Assembly (NCBI GenBank): GCA_963767925.1
Contig: CAVYGB010000008.1
Location: 2,304,001 to 2,368,000, forward strand
Origin: an uncultured delta proteobacterium
Lineage (GTDB): Bacteria; Myxococcota_A; Polyangia; Fen-1088
Direction of reading: 5' to 3'
DNA: 64,000 nucleotides
The position numbers and the translations under genes were made by a program. Shown here piece by piece: positions 44,926 to 55,073 of the stretch. Each line of letters opens with the position of its first letter. Position 1 is the first letter of the stretch. The notes under the pieces were generated by a model. The model did no database searches. It was given only the letters and a program-made list of their open reading frames with translations, and was not told the origin of the DNA.

Positions 44926-45603
44926 ATGAGCTGGTCCCAGATGCGCTTCCGCGGACAGGTGGTGTGGGTGCGGGTGGACGGGCAAGGAAAGCCGGTCCTG
45001 GACCGCGACGGCCGGGCCGAGATGAAATACCGGGCCGAGGACAGCCGCTCGTACCGGCCCTCCCCCGGCAACCTGGAGGCCTCGGACGAGCCGCCCGGCG
45101 CCACCCCCCCTCCCCCGTCCGCCCCCCCTCCCTCGTCCGCACCCGCCGGCGCGCGCAAGGGGGCGAGGCCGCCCGAAGCGACGCCCGAGACCATCCACGT
45201 CTGGACCGACGGCGCCTGCACCGGCAACCCGGGCCCCATGGGCATCGGGGTCGTCGTGATCGCCGCCGGGAAGCGGCGGGAGGCCGGGGAATACCTGGGC
45301 CAGGGCACCAACAACATCGCCGAGCTGACCGCCATCGAGCGCGGGCTCGAGATCGCCGCCGAGCTGTCACCGGAGCGTGACCGGCCCGTGCGCGTCTACA
45401 GCGACTCGGCCTATTCTATCGGCGTCGTCAGCCAGGGCTGGAAAGCCAAGGCGAACCAGGAGCTTGTGGCCCGCCTGCGCCGGCAGGTGGCGGCCTTTCC
45501 CGACCTCCACTTCGTCAAGGTCGCGGGCCACGCCGGCATCCCGGAAAACGAACGGTGTGACGAGCTTGCCCGGCGTGCTATCGAATTGCGCTCGGGAGCC
45601 TGA
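44926..45603 (+). CDS. rnhA: Ribonuclease HI with N-terminal extra domain
   Basis: TDGACTGNPGP, TNNIAEL, SDS, KVAGHAG..ENERCDELA. Confidence 0.9.
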   Translation: MSWSQMRFRGQVVWVRVDGQGKPVLDRDGRAEMKYRAEDSRSYRPSPGNLEASDEPPGATPPPPSAPPPSSAPAGARKGARPPEATPETIHVWTDGACTGNPGPMGIGVVVIAAGKRREAGEYLGQGTNNIAELTAIERGLEIAAELSPERDRPVRVYSDSAYSIGVVSQGWKAKANQELVARLRRQVAAFPDLHFVKVAGHAGIPENERCDELARRAIELRSGA

Positions 45604-45609
45604 GGCGCC

Positions 45610-46368
<759 letters not shown>

Positions 46369-46388
46369 GCGCCAGCCGGGCGGGACCG

Positions 46389-46694
46389 TCAGAGGATCCG
46401 CAGGCGGGTGATCGGCACCTCCACCTCGACCGTCCCCTCGAGCACGCGGGCCTGGCAGGCCAGGCGCTGCCGGGTGAGGTAATAGACGTTACCGAGGTGC
46501 TTCTCCTCGCCCTCGTTGAGGGGGGACAGGTGCTCGTCGCCGGCCAGCACCTTCATCCGGCACAACCCACAGGTGGCATTGCCCACGCAGGCGGTGGCCA
46601 CCGGCACGCCCAGCCGCCGGGCCACCTCGAACAGCGATTCCCCTACCGGGCAGTCGGCCACCAGCCCGATCGGTTCGAACTTGACCGTGGGCAT
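46389..46694 (-). CDS. 2Fe-2S ferredoxin
   Basis: CVGNATCGLC...RLACQ. Confidence 0.85.
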   Translation of the reverse strand: MPTVKFEPIGLVADCPVGESLFEVARRLGVPVATACVGNATCGLCRMKVLAGDEHLSPLNEGEEKHLGNVYYLTRQRLACQARVLEGTVEVEVPITRLRIL

Positions 46695-46701
46695 GGCTCC
46701 G

Positions 46702-47073
46702 TCAGCGGTCGTTGCGGTGCTTTCGCCAGTCCCCACCCGGAATGGTGGGGGCCGAGCCGAAGCTGGGATCGGCGCCCAGGTAGGCCTCCGCCTTGCCGCC
46801 GCCAGCGAGCTGGACCTCTCCCCGCTGAAAGAGGACCGGACTGCCCTCGACGCCGTCGAGGGCAGCGAGCACCTGCTGGTCGACCAGGTAGAGCTCCCCC
46901 TTCACGCTGGTCTGGCCGCCCGCCAGCAGGCCGGGGTACCCCGAGAGGGCCACCAGGCGGTAGGCGGCGGTGGTGGCTGCCGCGCCGACGTAGCTCGAGC
47001 CGGCCAGGACCTGGGAGTTCGGCTCGCCCCGCATCAGCGTGCCGTAAACGAAAAGCCGCACGCGGTCGCTCAT
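46702..47073 (-). CDS. Gamma-glutamylcyclotransferase (AIG2-like)
   Basis: LFVYGTL, YPGL, GELY, LD..EG, GDW. Confidence 0.9.
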   Translation of the reverse strand: MSDRVRLFVYGTLMRGEPNSQVLAGSSYVGAAATTAAYRLVALSGYPGLLAGGQTSVKGELYLVDQQVLAALDGVEGSPVLFQRGEVQLAGGGKAEAYLGADPSFGSAPTIPGGDWRKHRNDR

Positions 47074-47080
47074 CGTCTCT

Positions 47081-47911
47081 TCACTCTAGTTCATTTGGCG
47101 GCTGCGCGAGCAGGCCCTGCTCGGCCCAATCGACAAGGAATTGGAGGGCCGCCCCGGCGGCCTCCTCGGCGGGCCGCCCGGCCCCCAGCCGATCGCAGAC
47201 GAGGCCGAAGGTGCCGCCCGGAGCCAGGGCCGCCAGCAGCCCGGCCTCCTCGGGGGAAGGGCGCCGATGTAGCACTTCGGTGTGTTTTCTCCACACCAGC
47301 AGATGACCGGGCAAAAGCTCCGGCGCCCCCGCCGGCTCGTCCCGGTCGACCCGACGCCAGACCTCCTCGACGGTGAAGCGGACGGGCAGGAGACGCTGGC
47401 CGGGGACCAGCACGAGCGGCAACTCGGCGAACCGGTCGGGAGGAAGGCTGCGCAGCCGGTCGAGGGTCAGCGTCGCGGCGTCGGGGCCGTCGAACAGGTC
47501 GACCCGGCTCCACTCCAGCCGGGCCAGCTCGGCCAGCCAGGGTCGATCGGGGAAGCCCGGACCGGCGGCCAGGAAGTCGGCCAGGGGAGCGCCCAGGTCC
47601 CGCAACGCGTAGCTGGCCGGCGGCCAGGCGGCCAGGAAGTCCCCCACCAGCGCGGCGAAGGCCTCCTCGCCGAGGAGGGCGGCCAGCTTGGGGTAGTCCT
47701 CGGCCACGGCGTCGTGCAGCCGTTCCAGGTACATGTCCGAATAGATCCCGACGCGCCCCACCCCATCGAGCTTCTCGTCCCCGACGACGAGGCCCGCCAG
47801 GTCGGCAGCGCTGGCGCCCAGCCGCGCCAGCTCACCGGGTACCCCCTCGGCCGAGGTCACCAGCGCCAGGAAGCGGGCCTGCAGGCTGCGCAGATCAGAC
47901 GGCCAGCCCAC
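47081..47911 (-). CDS. DUF2063 / HvfC-BufC-type MNIO partner protein
   Basis: IYSDMY..RL...YP...LLGE, ELARLEW; AGGAG RBS; overlaps the DUF692 stop. Confidence 0.85.
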   Translation of the reverse strand: MGWPSDLRSLQARFLALVTSAEGVPGELARLGASAADLAGLVVGDEKLDGVGRVGIYSDMYLERLHDAVAEDYPKLAALLGEEAFAALVGDFLAAWPPASYALRDLGAPLADFLAAGPGFPDRPWLAELARLEWSRVDLFDGPDAATLTLDRLRSLPPDRFAELPLVLVPGQRLLPVRFTVEEVWRRVDRDEPAGAPELLPGHLLVWRKHTEVLHRRPSPEEAGLLAALAPGGTFGLVCDRLGAGRPAEEAAGAALQFLVDWAEQGLLAQPPNELE

Positions 47912-48806
47912 CGGGCTTCTCCTTGCTCGCGTCCTGGCTCGCGGCGGCCCATTCGATCTCGGCCTCCCCGGCGATCTCCCGGGCCCGCCGGGCCTCGGCG
48001 ACCACCCGCTCGAAGGGCGGGAGGTGGGCGTCCCACTCGATGAGGGTGGGCACCGGCCCATGGGTTCGGATCGCCAGGCGGTAGAGGTCCCAGACCTCTT
48101 CGCGGACGGGGTGGTCGTGGGTGTCGAGGAGGAGGGCGCCGTTGCGGCGGTGCCCGGCGAGGTGGATCTGGCCGATGCGGTCGCCGGGCAGGCCGCGAAT
48201 ATAGGCCTCCGCAGAGAAGCCGTGGTTGTGCGCGCTGACGAAGACGTTGTTGACGTCGAGCAGGAGGCCGCAGCCGGTGCGTTCACACAGCGCCGAGAGA
48301 AACTCCCACTCGCTCATGGCCGAGGAGACGAAGCGCACGTAGCTCGAGACGTTCTCGAGCAGCAGGGGCCGGCGCAGACGATCCTGGACCATCGCCACCC
48401 GCTCGCCGACGTGGCGGAGGGCCTCCTCGGTGAAGGGCAGCGGCAGCAGATCGTGGGCGAAACGGCCGCCGGCGCCGCTCCAGCACAGGTGGTCGGAGAC
48501 GAAGGGCGGGTCGACCTCGGCGGCCAGCGCGGCCAGGCGGTCGAGGTAGGCCTCGTCGAGCGGGTCGACCGAGCCGATCGACAGCGCGACCCCGTGGAGC
48601 ACGACCGGGAAGCGATCGCGGACCGCCCGCAACATCCGGCGGGGGTTGCCACCGGGAGCGAAGTGGTTCTCGCTGATGGCCTCGAACCAGTCGAGGGCGG
48701 CCAGGGAGCTGCCGGGCGGGACGCCGCGGCAGAGATCCTCCTCGATCGCGGAGTAGTGGGCTCCGCGCAGGCCAACGCCGAATCCGTGCAGCGAACGTGA
48801 CGACAT
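47895..48806 (-). CDS. DUF692 multinuclear non-heme iron oxidative enzyme (MNIO)
   Basis: GVGLR, EAISEN, HGVALSIG, SDHL, LENVSSY, LDVNN, HLAGH, DTH, IEWD. Confidence 0.95.
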   Translation of the reverse strand: MSSRSLHGFGVGLRGAHYSAIEEDLCRGVPPGSSLAALDWFEAISENHFAPGGNPRRMLRAVRDRFPVVLHGVALSIGSVDPLDEAYLDRLAALAAEVDPPFVSDHLCWSGAGGRFAHDLLPLPFTEEALRHVGERVAMVQDRLRRPLLLENVSSYVRFVSSAMSEWEFLSALCERTGCGLLLDVNNVFVSAHNHGFSAEAYIRGLPGDRIGQIHLAGHRRNGALLLDTHDHPVREEVWDLYRLAIRTHGPVPTLIEWDAHLPPFERVVAEARRAREIAGEAEIEWAAASQDASKEKPGGLAV

Positions 48807-48925
48807 CCCGGAAACTCTGTCACGGCGCGCCACCCTTCCCCGTACCCGGATCAGCCGGTCGGATTGACGCGGATGAACGGATACGTGGGATGGATAGGAC
48901 CCCGCGCCAAGGCGGGAACGAAGGA

Positions 48926-49159
48926 TTACTTGGCGGGAGCGGGCTCTGCGGGCTTCTCGGCCTTCTCGCCTTCGGCCTTCTCGCCCTCTTTCTTGGCCTT
49001 CTTGCCCTTGGCCTTGCAGCCTTCCTTGCCCTTACAGGCGGCCTTCTCGCCCTTGGCAGTCTTGTCCTTCTCGGCGTCCCCCGCGTTGGCGGCGGTCGGG
49101 GCGGCAGTCACCATGTAGCCCGCGGTCAGAGCCGCGATAAGTGCACCTTTGACGGTCAT
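48926..49159 (-). CDS. Putative MNIO RiPP precursor (secreted, Lys/Glu-rich, CKGKEGC)
   Basis: GAGGAG RBS; Sec signal ending ANA; two Cys; directly upstream of DUF692. Confidence 0.8.
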   Translation of the reverse strand: MTVKGALIAALTAGYMVTAAPTAANAGDAEKDKTAKGEKAACKGKEGCKAKGKKAKKEGEKAEGEKAEKPAEPAPAK

Positions 49160-49338
49160 GGGTAGCTCCTCTCCGGGTCGGTTTTGACCCTGGAAGGCAG
49201 CCAGTTAAGCCCACGGACAGCCGATCGCGCAAGCAACGTGTCGTTCACAGGACTCTGCTGCTGCCGGCTTGAATGTGGCGGAAGCCCGCGTCATGTTGTG
49301 GGGAGAGCACCCACCGGGCGCTCGCGCAGGAAGTGCAC

Positions 49339-49527
49339 ATGGACCCCATCCACACCATCAAAGTCTTCACCGCGACCCGAGCCGCCGACCGAGAAGCCCT
49401 GGGCGCAAAGCTGACGGCCTGGATGGACGCCCATCCCGATCTGAAAGTTCTGAAGGCCGTGGTCCGGCAGTCGTCGGACGCCAGCTTTCACTGCCTGTCG
49501 ATTGTGGTCTTCCTGGCAGCGCGGTAG
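49339..49527 (+). CDS. Small hypothetical protein (62 aa)
   Basis: KVFTAT...RQSSDASFHCLSIVVF; GC-consistent. Confidence 0.7.
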   Translation: MDPIHTIKVFTATRAADREALGAKLTAWMDAHPDLKVLKAVVRQSSDASFHCLSIVVFLAAR

Positions 49528-49794
49528 GGCGACGCTCTTTGGATAGATCCAGCCCCCCGGGGCCTGGGTCTGCCTTTTGGGCCTGCAAGCCGTCCTACGG
49601 ATCGACCGGGAAAAAACGCGGGTCGAGCTGCCTCTGAAGTCACTAATAGATGGCCTGGCCCTCGTCTGCCCTGCGGACGAAAAAACCTCGGGCTGGCACA
49701 CGAATTTTCCAAGAGGAACGCCCGCCTCCCCTAACTGAGATCGAGCGGTCAGACGCCGACAACGCCGCGCATAGCCCCGGAGGACCCCCCGCCC

Positions 49795-51546
49795 ATGACT
49801 GATGAAGGACCCGCTTCCAAGATCCCACCGAGACGGCTCTCGAAGCTCCTCGTGCTCGGCGCCCTGGCAGGGCTGGGCTGCACCGGCGCGATCTCGGGCG
49901 ACGGGCCTGGGCCTACGCCCGGGAATGGTCCGGGCAACCGGCCCGGTGAACCGGGACCGGGTCCCGGCGTGGGTCCGGGCCCGGGGGGTCCGGCTGGCTC
50001 CCCCTCGGCCGACGATCTGGGGCGGGCGGTCTTCCGCCGCCTGAACCGGCTGGAATACAACAACACGATCCGCGACCTGCTCGGTGACGCCTCCCGGCCG
50101 GCGACGGCGTTCGCCGCCGATCAGGACTCGGCCCGCTCGGGGTACTTCGCGGGCGGCGCCATCGCCAGCGCCGACGCCTCTCACCTGTTCGACGCGACCG
50201 AGGCGGTGGCGGCCAGCGCCATGAAGCGGCTGCCCGACTTGCTGCCCTGCAAGGCCCTGCCGGCGGCGGCGCCCGATCAGGACCAGTGCGCGCGGCAGTT
50301 CATCACCCAGTTCGGCAGGCGCGCCTTCCGCCGGCCGCTCAGCCAGGACGAGTCGACCAGCTTCACCAACTTCTACAGCGCGCAGCGCTCGGCCGGCCTG
50401 GACTTTCCCAACAGCATGCGCCTCGTGATCTCGGCGCTGCTGCTGTCCCCGCAGTTCCTGTACCGCTGGGAGGTGACCCCCCAGACCGCGGTCCGCGAGG
50501 GGAGCCTGCTCCGCTACAACTCGTACGAGATGGCCTCGCGCCTGTCGTACCTCTTGTGGGCCTCGATGCCCGACGACGCGGCCTTCGCGGCGGCCGATCA
50601 GAACAAGCTCTCCACCCCCGACCAGATCGAGGCGGAGACCCGCCGCCTGCTGAAAGATCCCCGGGCCAAGGAGGCCATCTCCGACTTCTTCACGCAGTGG
50701 CTGGAGGTCAGCGACCTGCGTACGGTGCCCAAGGACGCCAGCGTGTACCCGAGCTACACGGCCCAGCTCGCCGAGGCGATGGTCGCGGAGAGCGCGACGT
50801 TTGCCGCCTCCACCGTGATCGAGGGCGACGGCAAGCTGTCGACCATCTTCACCTCGAACCGGGGCTTCGTGGACGCCAACCTGGCCAAGCTCTACGGCGT
50901 GACCGGCGTGACCGGCGCGGCGCCGACCGCGACCGACCTCGACCCGGCCCAGCGAGGCGGGATCTTGACCCAGGCCAGCTTCCTCACTCAGCACGCCAGC
51001 TCGGATGAGTCGAATCCCACCCGCCGGGGCAAGGTCCTGGCCGACCGGGTCGTTTGCATCGAGATCCCCCTGCCGCCCGACGACGTGCCCGATCCGACGC
51101 CGCCGGCTCCGAACCTCTCGGTGCGCGAGCGCTTCGACACCCACAGCAAGAACCCCTGCGCCACCGCCTGCCACTCGGTCATGGACCCCCTCGGGTTCGC
51201 CTTCGAGAACTACGACGGCATCGGGGCCTACCAGACCAGCGACGGCGGCAAGCCGGTCGACGCCACGGGCAGCATCGAGCTCGACGGGAGCCAGAAGCCC
51301 TTCCAGAACGCCATCGAGCTCGGCAAGCACCTGGGCGCGTCCCGACAGGTGGCCGACTGCATGGCCCGGCAGTTCCTGCGCTACGCCCTCCGCCGCAAGG
51401 AGACACTCGGCGACCAGCCCTCCCTGGCCGCCGCGGGAGACGCGTTCACCAAAGAGTCCAGCAACCTGCGTGAGCTGATCGTGGCCTTGACCAAGACGCG
51501 CGCCTTCACGCACCGTACGCCCTCGACGGGGGAGGTCCTTCCATGA
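49795..51546 (+). CDS. DUF1592-family lipoprotein (DUF1587/1595/1592/1588/1585)
   Basis: RRLNRLEYNNTIRDL, RRAFRRP, SPQFLY, ASRLSY.LW.SMPD, SNPTRRG, CATACH..DPLG.FENYD. Confidence 0.9.
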   Translation: MTDEGPASKIPPRRLSKLLVLGALAGLGCTGAISGDGPGPTPGNGPGNRPGEPGPGPGVGPGPGGPAGSPSADDLGRAVFRRLNRLEYNNTIRDLLGDASRPATAFAADQDSARSGYFAGGAIASADASHLFDATEAVAASAMKRLPDLLPCKALPAAAPDQDQCARQFITQFGRRAFRRPLSQDESTSFTNFYSAQRSAGLDFPNSMRLVISALLLSPQFLYRWEVTPQTAVREGSLLRYNSYEMASRLSYLLWASMPDDAAFAAADQNKLSTPDQIEAETRRLLKDPRAKEAISDFFTQWLEVSDLRTVPKDASVYPSYTAQLAEAMVAESATFAASTVIEGDGKLSTIFTSNRGFVDANLAKLYGVTGVTGAAPTATDLDPAQRGGILTQASFLTQHASSDESNPTRRGKVLADRVVCIEIPLPPDDVPDPTPPAPNLSVRERFDTHSKNPCATACHSVMDPLGFAFENYDGIGAYQTSDGGKPVDATGSIELDGSQKPFQNAIELGKHLGASRQVADCMARQFLRYALRRKETLGDQPSLAAAGDAFTKESSNLRELIVALTKTRAFTHRTPSTGEVLP

Positions 51547-52901
51547 TCGGCTTCAAGAAAGACTGGCAGCTCGCCCGCCGTGAGCTGCTCAAGGGCCTCG
51601 GCATCGGGGCGGCCTGCCTGCCGCTGCTGCGAGCCACCCGCTCGTACGCGCAGGAGGCGGTTTACCCGAGCCGCTTCCTCTGCGTCCTGCTGACCGAGGG
51701 CTACCGGCCCGGGCAGGTGGCGCCGGCGGCCGGGCCGCTGGCCAGCCAGGCGCTGCCGGCGGTGACGGCGCCGCTCGAGAAGCACAAGAACGACCTCATC
51801 ATCATGACCAACCTCGGTAACCCGCAGTTCCGCGGGTGCAACCGCTGGGGCCATGGCACCTACGGGACAATCTTTGCCCAGGACCGGGGCGATCCCGACA
51901 CCGGCAACGGCAAGGAGTACTGGGAGCCGCTCAACGCCACGGTGGACCAGGTCATCGCCAAGGAGATCGCCAAGACGGCGCCCAACCTGACGGTGCCGAG
52001 CATCGCGACCAGCGTGCGGGTGGCGACGAACTCGGGCGGGACCGGGTCGAACCGCTGCTTCTATTCGGGACCGCGCCAGCCGGTCACGCCGGAGGCCGAC
52101 CCCTACAAGATGTTCGACCGGCTGTTCGCCGGGCAGATGTCGGGTGCTGGCGCCATGCCGGGCGCGCCGGACCCGACCGAGAAGCTGCGGGCGGAGCGCC
52201 GGAGCCTCCTCGACTTCGTGGGCGGCTCGCTCGAGAAGTTCGGCCGTCAGATCGGGAGCGACGACCGGGTGCTGATCGAGGGCCACCTCGAGTCGATCCG
52301 GACGCTGGAGCGGTCGTTGACCGCGCCCCGGCCCAGCCTGGGGGCCTGCGGGGTGCAGCTCACCGGAAACGCCGCCCGGCCAATCGACGTCAACTCGAAC
52401 AACAACATCCCCACCCTGCTCGATCTGCACTTCCAGATCATGACGGCGGCGCTCAAGTGCGACGCCACCCGGGTGGCGACTCTGCAGCTCGGGGACGCCA
52501 CCGGCGGCGCCGTCACCTTCCCGTTCGTCGGGGTGGGACGGAACTGGCACAGCATCGGGCACAACCCGGGGGCGGACAAGATCAAGGTCGACGTGTGGGC
52601 CATGCAGCAGTTCGGCGCCCTCCTCGACATGATGAAGGCGGTGCCCGAGGGGCCTGGCCAGACCATGCTGGACCACTCGGCGGTGCTGTGGGCCAACCAC
52701 ATGGAGTCGGGCGACACCCACGGCTCCACCAAGCTGCCCTGGATCCTGGCCGGCAAGTGCAACGGCTTCTTCAAGACCGGCCAGTCCCTGCCCACCACGG
52801 GCAAGAACAACACCCACGTGCTGGCCACGATCTGCAACGCGATGGGGGTCAACGTCGCCTCCTTCGGCGACGGCACGCCCATGCCCGAGCTGCGCGCCTA
52901 G
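51543..52901 (+). CDS. DUF1552-family protein
   Basis: Tat-like RRELLKG; TVDQ, S.LDFV, H..SIR.LE, CD.TRV, LD.S; ATGA overlap. Confidence 0.88.
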   Translation: MIGFKKDWQLARRELLKGLGIGAACLPLLRATRSYAQEAVYPSRFLCVLLTEGYRPGQVAPAAGPLASQALPAVTAPLEKHKNDLIIMTNLGNPQFRGCNRWGHGTYGTIFAQDRGDPDTGNGKEYWEPLNATVDQVIAKEIAKTAPNLTVPSIATSVRVATNSGGTGSNRCFYSGPRQPVTPEADPYKMFDRLFAGQMSGAGAMPGAPDPTEKLRAERRSLLDFVGGSLEKFGRQIGSDDRVLIEGHLESIRTLERSLTAPRPSLGACGVQLTGNAARPIDVNSNNNIPTLLDLHFQIMTAALKCDATRVATLQLGDATGGAVTFPFVGVGRNWHSIGHNPGADKIKVDVWAMQQFGALLDMMKAVPEGPGQTMLDHSAVLWANHMESGDTHGSTKLPWILAGKCNGFFKTGQSLPTTGKNNTHVLATICNAMGVNVASFGDGTPMPELRA

Positions 52902-52917
52902 CAGCGCCTCACCCCGC

Positions 52918-54216
52918 TTGGCTGCCGCCGATCGACTGCTCTCGCTGGCGCTCCTGCTGGCGGGCGCGGTCGCGTGCGGCGGCGCGGGGCCGGGGGACGA
53001 AGACGCCGGGCCGGGACGAGATGGCGCCGCCGCCGAGGCTGGACCCGGCGGGGGGCCTGACGGCGGACCGGGGGACACGCCGGCGCCGGTGGTGATCTGC
53101 GGGTCGAGCGCGGACTGCGGGCCAGACCGCTTCTGCAGCCTGCCCGGCGGGACCTGCGTGAGCGCGGTGGCGGGGGTGGCGGCCGGTTCGGTCCACACCT
53201 GCGCCGTGCACCGGGACGGGCGGGTCTCTTGCTGGGGGTACGGCCCCTTCATCGGGCCCGGGTTGCCGCAGGTGACCCCGCCGGTGCCCATCGAGCTCCC
53301 GGGACGGGCGGTCGAGGTGGCGGCGGGCATCCAGGCGAGCTGCGCCCGCCTGGCGACGGGCGGCGTCCAGTGCTGGGGCGACCTGGGAGGTGGACCGGAG
53401 GCCGCCGGGCCGGTGATCAAGGAGGACGGGGCGCCGCTGGCGGGCGCGACCCGGCTGGCGGGGGGCAGCGCGGCGTTCTGCGCGGTCCATCCGGGGGGGA
53501 CGTCGTGCTGGGGGGCCAACGGCGCGTCGGAGCTGGCCCGGCCGGCCGCCCTGTCGTTCCCACCCCGGACCGCGGTGCTGGCCCGGCCGGGGCGGGCGGC
53601 CCTGCTGGCCGCCACGGTGGCCATCCTGGTGCACGACGGGGCCTCGGAGCTGTGCGGCTGGGGCAACAACGACAGCGGCATCGTCCCGGGGCCTCGCGGG
53701 ACCGTGGACCGCCCGAGCTGTGCCGGTATGATTCCCGGCGTGCTCCAGCTCAGCGCCGGGGACGGTCACGTGTGCGCCCGCCGGGGGGGACCGGCCTTCT
53801 CTTGCTGGGGGTCCAACTCGGGCGGTCAGCTCGGCAACGGCGACGAGGGGCGGCTGGAGGTGGCGCTGCCGGGCGAGCGGCAGGAGCTGGCCGCCGACCT
53901 GGTCTCGATCGACAGCGGCGCCTACCACACCTGCGCCCTGCTCGCGACCGGGCAGGTCCAGTGCTGGGGGAGCAACGAGCGGGGCGAGTGTGGGCTGCCA
54001 ACCTCGGCGCCCCGCTACGCGCCGACCGGCCCGGTCCCGTTCGATGCGCCGGTGGTGGCCATCGGCTCGGGCGCCGGCGCCCAGCACACCTGCGGCGTCC
54101 TCGGCGACGGCTCGGTCCATTGCTGGGGCTACGACAACGAGGGGCAGCTCGGCTCGGGCGTGCTCACCCGCGACTCGGATCGCGCCTCGGTGCGGCCCCT
54201 GCCGGTGCGCTGGTGA
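52918..54216 (+). CDS. RCC1-repeat lipoprotein
   Basis: Repeated HTCA...G.V.CWG.N..GQLG; lipobox AVAC. Confidence 0.85.
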   Translation: MAAADRLLSLALLLAGAVACGGAGPGDEDAGPGRDGAAAEAGPGGGPDGGPGDTPAPVVICGSSADCGPDRFCSLPGGTCVSAVAGVAAGSVHTCAVHRDGRVSCWGYGPFIGPGLPQVTPPVPIELPGRAVEVAAGIQASCARLATGGVQCWGDLGGGPEAAGPVIKEDGAPLAGATRLAGGSAAFCAVHPGGTSCWGANGASELARPAALSFPPRTAVLARPGRAALLAATVAILVHDGASELCGWGNNDSGIVPGPRGTVDRPSCAGMIPGVLQLSAGDGHVCARRGGPAFSCWGSNSGGQLGNGDEGRLEVALPGERQELAADLVSIDSGAYHTCALLATGQVQCWGSNERGECGLPTSAPRYAPTGPVPFDAPVVAIGSGAGAQHTCGVLGDGSVHCWGYDNEGQLGSGVLTRDSDRASVRPLPVRW

Positions 54217-55064
54217 CCCGGCCGGGCGTTCCCCCTGCCCTGCTGGACTACCACCGGGGCAACAACCGGGCCTCCGCCGAGCTGGGGGCGCACTTTGCCG
54301 ACCACCGCGCCCGCCTGAGCGCCCTCATCCTCGGAGAGAGCGGCGGCGGCACCCTGGCCCTGCTGGGGGCGGGCAACTGCAACGACGTCGACCTGCCGGC
54401 CCTGGCGGCGGCCCACGATCGGGTCCACCTGGTCGACCTCGACGAGGAGGCCCTGCGACGGGCCCGCGACCGACAGCCGCCCGAGGTGGCGGTCCGGCTG
54501 GCGCTGGCGCCCGCCGACCTCAGCGGGGTGTTCGCCGAGCTGCCGCGCCTGCGGGGCAAGAGCCTCCCGCCCGAGCGCCTGCAGGCGCTGCCGGGGGAGG
54601 CGGTCGAGCGGGTGCTCGCCGCCTTGCCCGGCCCCTTCGACACGGTCGTCTCCTGCTGCCTGCTCAGCCAGCTCATGCATAGCTGCTACCTCGGTCTGGG
54701 CCCCCACCCTCAGCTCGATGACATCGGAGCGGCGGTGGCCGCCGCCCACCTGCGCGCGCTGGTGGCGCTGGCCCGGCCCGGTGGCCGGATCGTGCTGGCC
54801 ACCGACGTTGTCTCATCGGAGAGCTACCCCCTCGAGGAGCTGTGGGGCCAGCGCACCCCCGGCGCGTTGCTCGCGCACCTGGAGGCGTCGGGAAATTATC
54901 TGTCGGGGACGGCCCCCTCGTCGCTGCGGCGGGTGCTGGCCGCCCGCGAGCTGCCCCTCGAGCAGCCCCCCCGGCTGGTCGAACCCTGGCTGTGGCGGCT
55001 GGACGGCAACCTCACCTTCCTCGTCTACGCCTTCGTCCTGCGCCGCCGCCCGGCCGGCGGCTGA
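54213..55064 (+). CDS. Class I SAM-dependent methyltransferase-like protein
   Basis: LLGAGNCND, LVDLD, FD.VVS...LSQL, RPGG; GTGA overlap. Confidence 0.7.
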   Translation: MTRPGVPPALLDYHRGNNRASAELGAHFADHRARLSALILGESGGGTLALLGAGNCNDVDLPALAAAHDRVHLVDLDEEALRRARDRQPPEVAVRLALAPADLSGVFAELPRLRGKSLPPERLQALPGEAVERVLAALPGPFDTVVSCCLLSQLMHSCYLGLGPHPQLDDIGAAVAAAHLRALVALARPGGRIVLATDVVSSESYPLEELWGQRTPGALLAHLEASGNYLSGTAPSSLRRVLAARELPLEQPPRLVEPWLWRLDGNLTFLVYAFVLRRRPAGG

Positions 55065-55073
55065 TCACCGGCC

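Noticed and set aside
49694..49710. TGGCAC sigma-54-like site before the DUF1592 gene
   Set aside because: No GC at the -12 position
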